Positions 44,538 through 47,801 of a stretch of DNA of 47,801 bases are shown here, in pieces (positions within the stretch are counted from its first letter, which is position 1; every line of letters begins with the position of its first letter). The DNA is from a virus (Duplodnaviria; Caudoviricetes). The stretch is taken from the IMG/VR virus record IMGVR_UViG_3300020042_006160, positions 1 through 47,801 of that record; one strand, 5' to 3'. The notes below the pieces were generated by a model. That model saw nothing but the letters and a program-made list of their open reading frames with translations, searched no databases and was not told the DNA's origin. The position numbers and the translations under genes are program-made.

Positions 44538-46229
44538 ATGGCGGATCAAATTATATTACCCGCATTAGCTTTTGCTTATTCGGACACAGCACCGAGTAAT
44601 ACGAGCGTTTATTGGTATGATACTACTATAGTTTCAACTGTATTTGCAGAGCATTTAAAAGTTTTCAATCCGTCTACCAATGCGTGGGAATTTGCTAATT
44701 TTGGTAGTGGTTCTGGTGGTGGTGGAGGTAGTTTCATCCCGCTTTCTCAAAAAGGAGTGAGCGATGGTGTTGCTACATTAGGTTCAAATGGGTTAGTGCC
44801 TACAGACGAGTTAGGTACAGGCACGGCAGACAATACTGTATTTCTTAGAGGTGATGGTACGTGGGTTGCTGTAAGCGGAAGCGCGGGGACATTAGCCGAC
44901 ACATTAGTTTTAGGTAATATAACCGACGGGACTGACATTGCTGTAAGCGATGGAGATAGAGTAACTAATGAAGATGGGTTTAACTATATTTCATTTAACT
45001 CATCAAATAATATAGAGATTGGAACAGACGGAAACGAAGTTCACTCTATGTCTAAATTTGTTGGAAAAGCGGGGTTAGAATCAGGTACATCATCATCTAT
45101 AACAGGGTTTATTGAATTACTAAATAATACAAACGCTTTCGCGTTGACAATTAAAAGCGGGATAACAGCAAACGATATAACATACATTTTACCAATAACA
45201 GACCCAACAGCGGGGCAAATACTAACAGCATCTCTTCCAGTAGCAAACGTATCAACATTAAGTTGGACAACACCAGCTACAGGCGGTAACGAAACACTTG
45301 CTCAAACATTAGTTTTAGGCAATAACACAAGTGGAACTGATATATTAGTAGCGGACACCGATATTATATCCAATCCAACAGGCACGAGGTATATTCAATT
45401 TACAGATGCAAATAGCGGCGTTACAATTGAGACCTTTGGAAATGCCTTAGCGGTTATTGGTAATATAGAATTAACTAAGGAAATAACAACAGGAACTCCG
45501 TCGAGTTATAACGGGGCTATTAATTTTTACAATTCCACTAATGCTAATTTAGTAACTATAAGAAGCGCGGTAACTTCCACGCCTTATGAAATTGCATTAC
45601 CAACAGCACAAGGAACATCAGGGCAAACTTTATCTAATAACGGTAGTGGTGTATTAACCTGGGTAACACCATCAAGTGGCATTAGCGGCTTAACCACAAA
45701 CGAACTTGTTTACGGTAATTCGGCTACTACGATTGCATCTTTAGCGGTTGCGACTTATCCATCGTTAACGGAATTGAGTTACGTTAAAGGTGTTACAAGT
45801 GCTATTCAAACTCAATTAAACCTTAGACAATCTATTTATTCGGGCATCGGTACATCGACTAATCCAGCCGATAGTTTAACATATTATGTAGGTCCTTGGG
45901 ATTCAACTTGGAATGTTTCTCCAAACCAAAAAAGATTTATATTTGAAAACGCAGGGACTATTAAAAAAGTTCAAGTTTATTTGACTTCAAATAATGCTGC
46001 ATCAACTGAAAATATAGCGGTTTATTTACGAAATCAAACAACATCAACAGATACTTCATTAGGTAATATTGCTCACGGTGGTGGTGCAAACTTTACCTAC
46101 TCGGCAGTATTTAATATTTCGGTTGCTAATAACGCAACTGACGAATGGATTTGTAAAATAGACACACCAGCTTGGGCAACTAATCCAACCGCTTGTTTTA
46201 TAATGTTTAGAATATACCACGAATATTAA
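44538..46229 (+). CDS. Tail fibre/receptor-binding protein
   Basis: KGVSDGVATLGSNGLVP, FLRGDGTW and TELSYVKGVTSAIQTQLN fibre motifs; internal ~135-aa duplication. Confidence 0.8.
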   Translation: MADQIILPALAFAYSDTAPSNTSVYWYDTTIVSTVFAEHLKVFNPSTNAWEFANFGSGSGGGGGSFIPLSQKGVSDGVATLGSNGLVPTDELGTGTADNTVFLRGDGTWVAVSGSAGTLADTLVLGNITDGTDIAVSDGDRVTNEDGFNYISFNSSNNIEIGTDGNEVHSMSKFVGKAGLESGTSSSITGFIELLNNTNAFALTIKSGITANDITYILPITDPTAGQILTASLPVANVSTLSWTTPATGGNETLAQTLVLGNNTSGTDILVADTDIISNPTGTRYIQFTDANSGVTIETFGNALAVIGNIELTKEITTGTPSSYNGAINFYNSTNANLVTIRSAVTSTPYEIALPTAQGTSGQTLSNNGSGVLTWVTPSSGISGLTTNELVYGNSATTIASLAVATYPSLTELSYVKGVTSAIQTQLNLRQSIYSGIGTSTNPADSLTYYVGPWDSTWNVSPNQKRFIFENAGTIKKVQVYLTSNNAASTENIAVYLRNQTTSTDTSLGNIAHGGGANFTYSAVFNISVANNATDEWICKIDTPAWATNPTACFIMFRIYHEY

Positions 46230-46239
46230 TAGTTGATTT

Positions 46240-46392
46240 ATGAAAGAATACGAAATAAAACAAATGCAATCGGGCAAATATAATATCTATTATTATGGTG
46301 GCGAATTAGATGGATTAGTGGAATTTTATGCTTATTCAGATGGAATAGCAGTTACAGATATTAGAATAGGTTACATTTTAAAAGTTAATTAA
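46240..46392 (+). CDS. Small protein after the fibre gene (50 aa; not in ORF track)
   Basis: MKEYEIKQMQSGKYNIYYYGGELDGLVEFYAYSDGIAVTDIRIGYILKVN; fills the gap exactly. Confidence 0.6.
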   Translation: MKEYEIKQMQSGKYNIYYYGGELDGLVEFYAYSDGIAVTDIRIGYILKVN

Positions 46393-46394
46393 TT

Positions 46395-46784
46395 ATGAAA
46401 TCGGCTTCGGAAACTATTAATGATGTATCAATATGGCTAATCCTTAGCTTTGCTGCGTTTCTAATTTGGTTTTTTAAAACAATGTATAGTCAACACCAAC
46501 TTATTTACGATTATTACACACGAAACAAAGAAACTGATATTTCTAAAATTATGAATGAATTAACTATTTTAAAAAATGAAATTAAATTTGTAGAAATGGA
46601 ATCAAAGAAATATTGGAACTCACATAAGCTGCAAATGGATAATAATCAAGCAATTCTTTTGGAGCGAATTAATCACACCAACGACAATAACAAAGCAAAT
46701 GCAGTTATGCTGAGAGATTTATTTCAAGACATTAATAAAAAGATTGACAAGTTAGAAAGTAGAATAGACGATAAACACAATTAA
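46395..46784 (+). CDS. Single-TM coiled-coil protein (lysis-associated, holin/antiholin-like)
   Basis: N-terminal TM helix followed by a coiled coil; upstream of the endolysin. Confidence 0.55.
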   Translation: MKSASETINDVSIWLILSFAAFLIWFFKTMYSQHQLIYDYYTRNKETDISKIMNELTILKNEIKFVEMESKKYWNSHKLQMDNNQAILLERINHTNDNNKANAVMLRDLFQDINKKIDKLESRIDDKHN

Positions 46785-46786
46785 CA

Positions 46787-46888
46787 ATGAAACTAACACC
46801 CGAACAAGTAGATAAGATATGTAATGCAGTTGCCATTGTGTTTGTTATTATTATTTTTATCGGAGTGTTGAAATTTTATATAAACTAA
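46787..46888 (+). CDS. 33-aa single-TM peptide (not in ORF track)
   Basis: [33 protein letters not shown]; 2-nt gaps to both neighbours. Confidence 0.55.
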   Translation: MKLTPEQVDKICNAVAIVFVIIIFIGVLKFYIN

Positions 46889-46890
46889 TT

Positions 46891-47358
46891 ATGCTAACTA
46901 CAAAAGAAATAACAGCTAAGTACGGAACTCCAACAATGGATGGTAAAGCCTATCTGGAAACAATACCTTTGCCTTATCCTATGCGTTTGGCTTGGGACAC
47001 TAAAGCGGTTGTTAATAAAATGACTTGTCATAAATTAATTAGCGATAAATTAATCGCAGCTTTTAGCGAGATATTAAAAGTTTACGGATATCCTAAGATT
47101 AAGGAGTTGGGAATAGACTTGTTTGGAGGGTGTTTTAACTTTAGACAAATGCGAGGTGGCTCGGACTATTCCAGACATTCTTGGGGCTTAGCAATTGACT
47201 TAGACCCCGAAAGAAATCAATTAAAAGAAACAAGTGCAACTGCTCGATTTGCTCGACCAGAGTATAAAGAAATGATTGATATATTTTATAAGCACGGTTT
47301 TATTTCTTTAGGTAGAGAAAAGAACTACGATTGGATGCACTTTGAGATAGGTAGCTAA
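46891..47358 (+). CDS. Endolysin, peptidase M15 family
   Basis: [22 protein letters not shown] (SxHxxGxAxD) and DWMHFE zinc-ligand motifs. Confidence 0.9.
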   Translation: MLTTKEITAKYGTPTMDGKAYLETIPLPYPMRLAWDTKAVVNKMTCHKLISDKLIAAFSEILKVYGYPKIKELGIDLFGGCFNFRQMRGGSDYSRHSWGLAIDLDPERNQLKETSATARFARPEYKEMIDIFYKHGFISLGREKNYDWMHFEIGS

Positions 47359-47462
47359 TGACACTATTCCAAACAATAATCCTAATTGTATCAGTAGTTG
47401 CATTTATTGGAGCAGTTATTTTTATTGCTATTGAGAATTGGTTTAACGATAATTTCAGATGA
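47358..47462 (+). CDS. 34-aa single-TM peptide (not in ORF track)
   Basis: [34 protein letters not shown]; TAATG overlap upstream and ATGA overlap downstream. Confidence 0.6.
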   Translation: MTLFQTIILIVSVVAFIGAVIFIAIENWFNDNFR

Positions 47463-47746
47463 GAAGAATCTACGAATTTATATTCCTGCAAATAAAGAAC
47501 TTATTAGGTTCGTTTAATAATGCAAAAGATGGTTGGTCTAAACGTGCTTTAAGTGCATTTATAAGCATCGCAACCGCTATTTACATAACTATACACAAGC
47601 TACCAGAATCGGCTCAATTACACGCTTTATATTCGTGGCAGGTATTTGCTTTGTGTTGTTTGGGATTAATAACAGGCAGTCAACTTATTGAACTAACAAG
47701 TAAGAAAAATGAAACTACACCACCTCCTGCTGCTGAGGGTGTTTAA
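47459..47746 (+). CDS. Putative holin (2 TM)
   Basis: GWSKRALSAF motif, two hydrophobic helices and a charged tail; after the endolysin. Confidence 0.6.
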   Translation: MRRIYEFIFLQIKNLLGSFNNAKDGWSKRALSAFISIATAIYITIHKLPESAQLHALYSWQVFALCCLGLITGSQLIELTSKKNETTPPPAAEGV

Positions 47747-47801
47747 TATTCTTAAATACAGGAACTGCATAAAAAGACAATATGTGTTCTATAATTGGTA
47801 A

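Noticed and set aside
2882-47491. Numerous 60-160 aa antisense or overlapping ORFs inside long plus-strand genes
   Set aside because: Ser/Phe/Leu-rich reverse-frame shadows of Lys/Glu-rich coding sequence; no initiation signals or motifs.
1-47801. Stop-codon reassignment as in some crAss-like phages
   Set aside because: Genes are long and densely packed under the standard code; TAG and TGA end genes cleanly right before the next start (e.g. 24053, 29237, 13561).
1-47801. CRISPR array, tRNA genes, integrase, diversity-generating retroelement
   Set aside because: By eye, no repeat-spacer array, canonical cloverleaf, recombinase, reverse transcriptase or adenine-variable repeat pair.

Overview
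A ~48 kb segment of an AT-rich, podovirus-type phage of a Bacteroidota (Flavobacteria/Cytophaga-like) host. Its virion gene order resembles crAss-like and related aquatic Bacteroidota podophages. Left end (1-2353): a minus-strand operon of small genes, ending in an unlisted, exported protein with a thaumatin-like motif that runs off the window edge. Plus strand, in order: an orphan fibre-like gene, a triple-GroES co-chaperonin, a replication block (pseudoknot-like leader RNA, initiator with internal iterons, primase-helicase), then terminase, portal, scaffold, major capsid, tail rings and muzzle, ejection proteins, a 4025-aa polyvalent protein (no RNA polymerase motif), tail fibre and an M15 endolysin lysis cassette. 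Host-type Bacteroidota promoters (TAnnTTTG) precede many units. Main unexplained signals: (1) AAATNN hexamer arrays phase-locked to the ATG of four head-assembly genes; (2) a leader-peptide/pseudoknot RNA before the replication genes; (3) an A10 slippery tract near the 5' end of the giant gene; (4) a BspA-type LRR cassette, HExxH peptidase and GNAT-like module in the giant protein; (5) CGCG(G) enrichment with strong GATC avoidance. All family calls come from reading motifs by eye; no database search was run.
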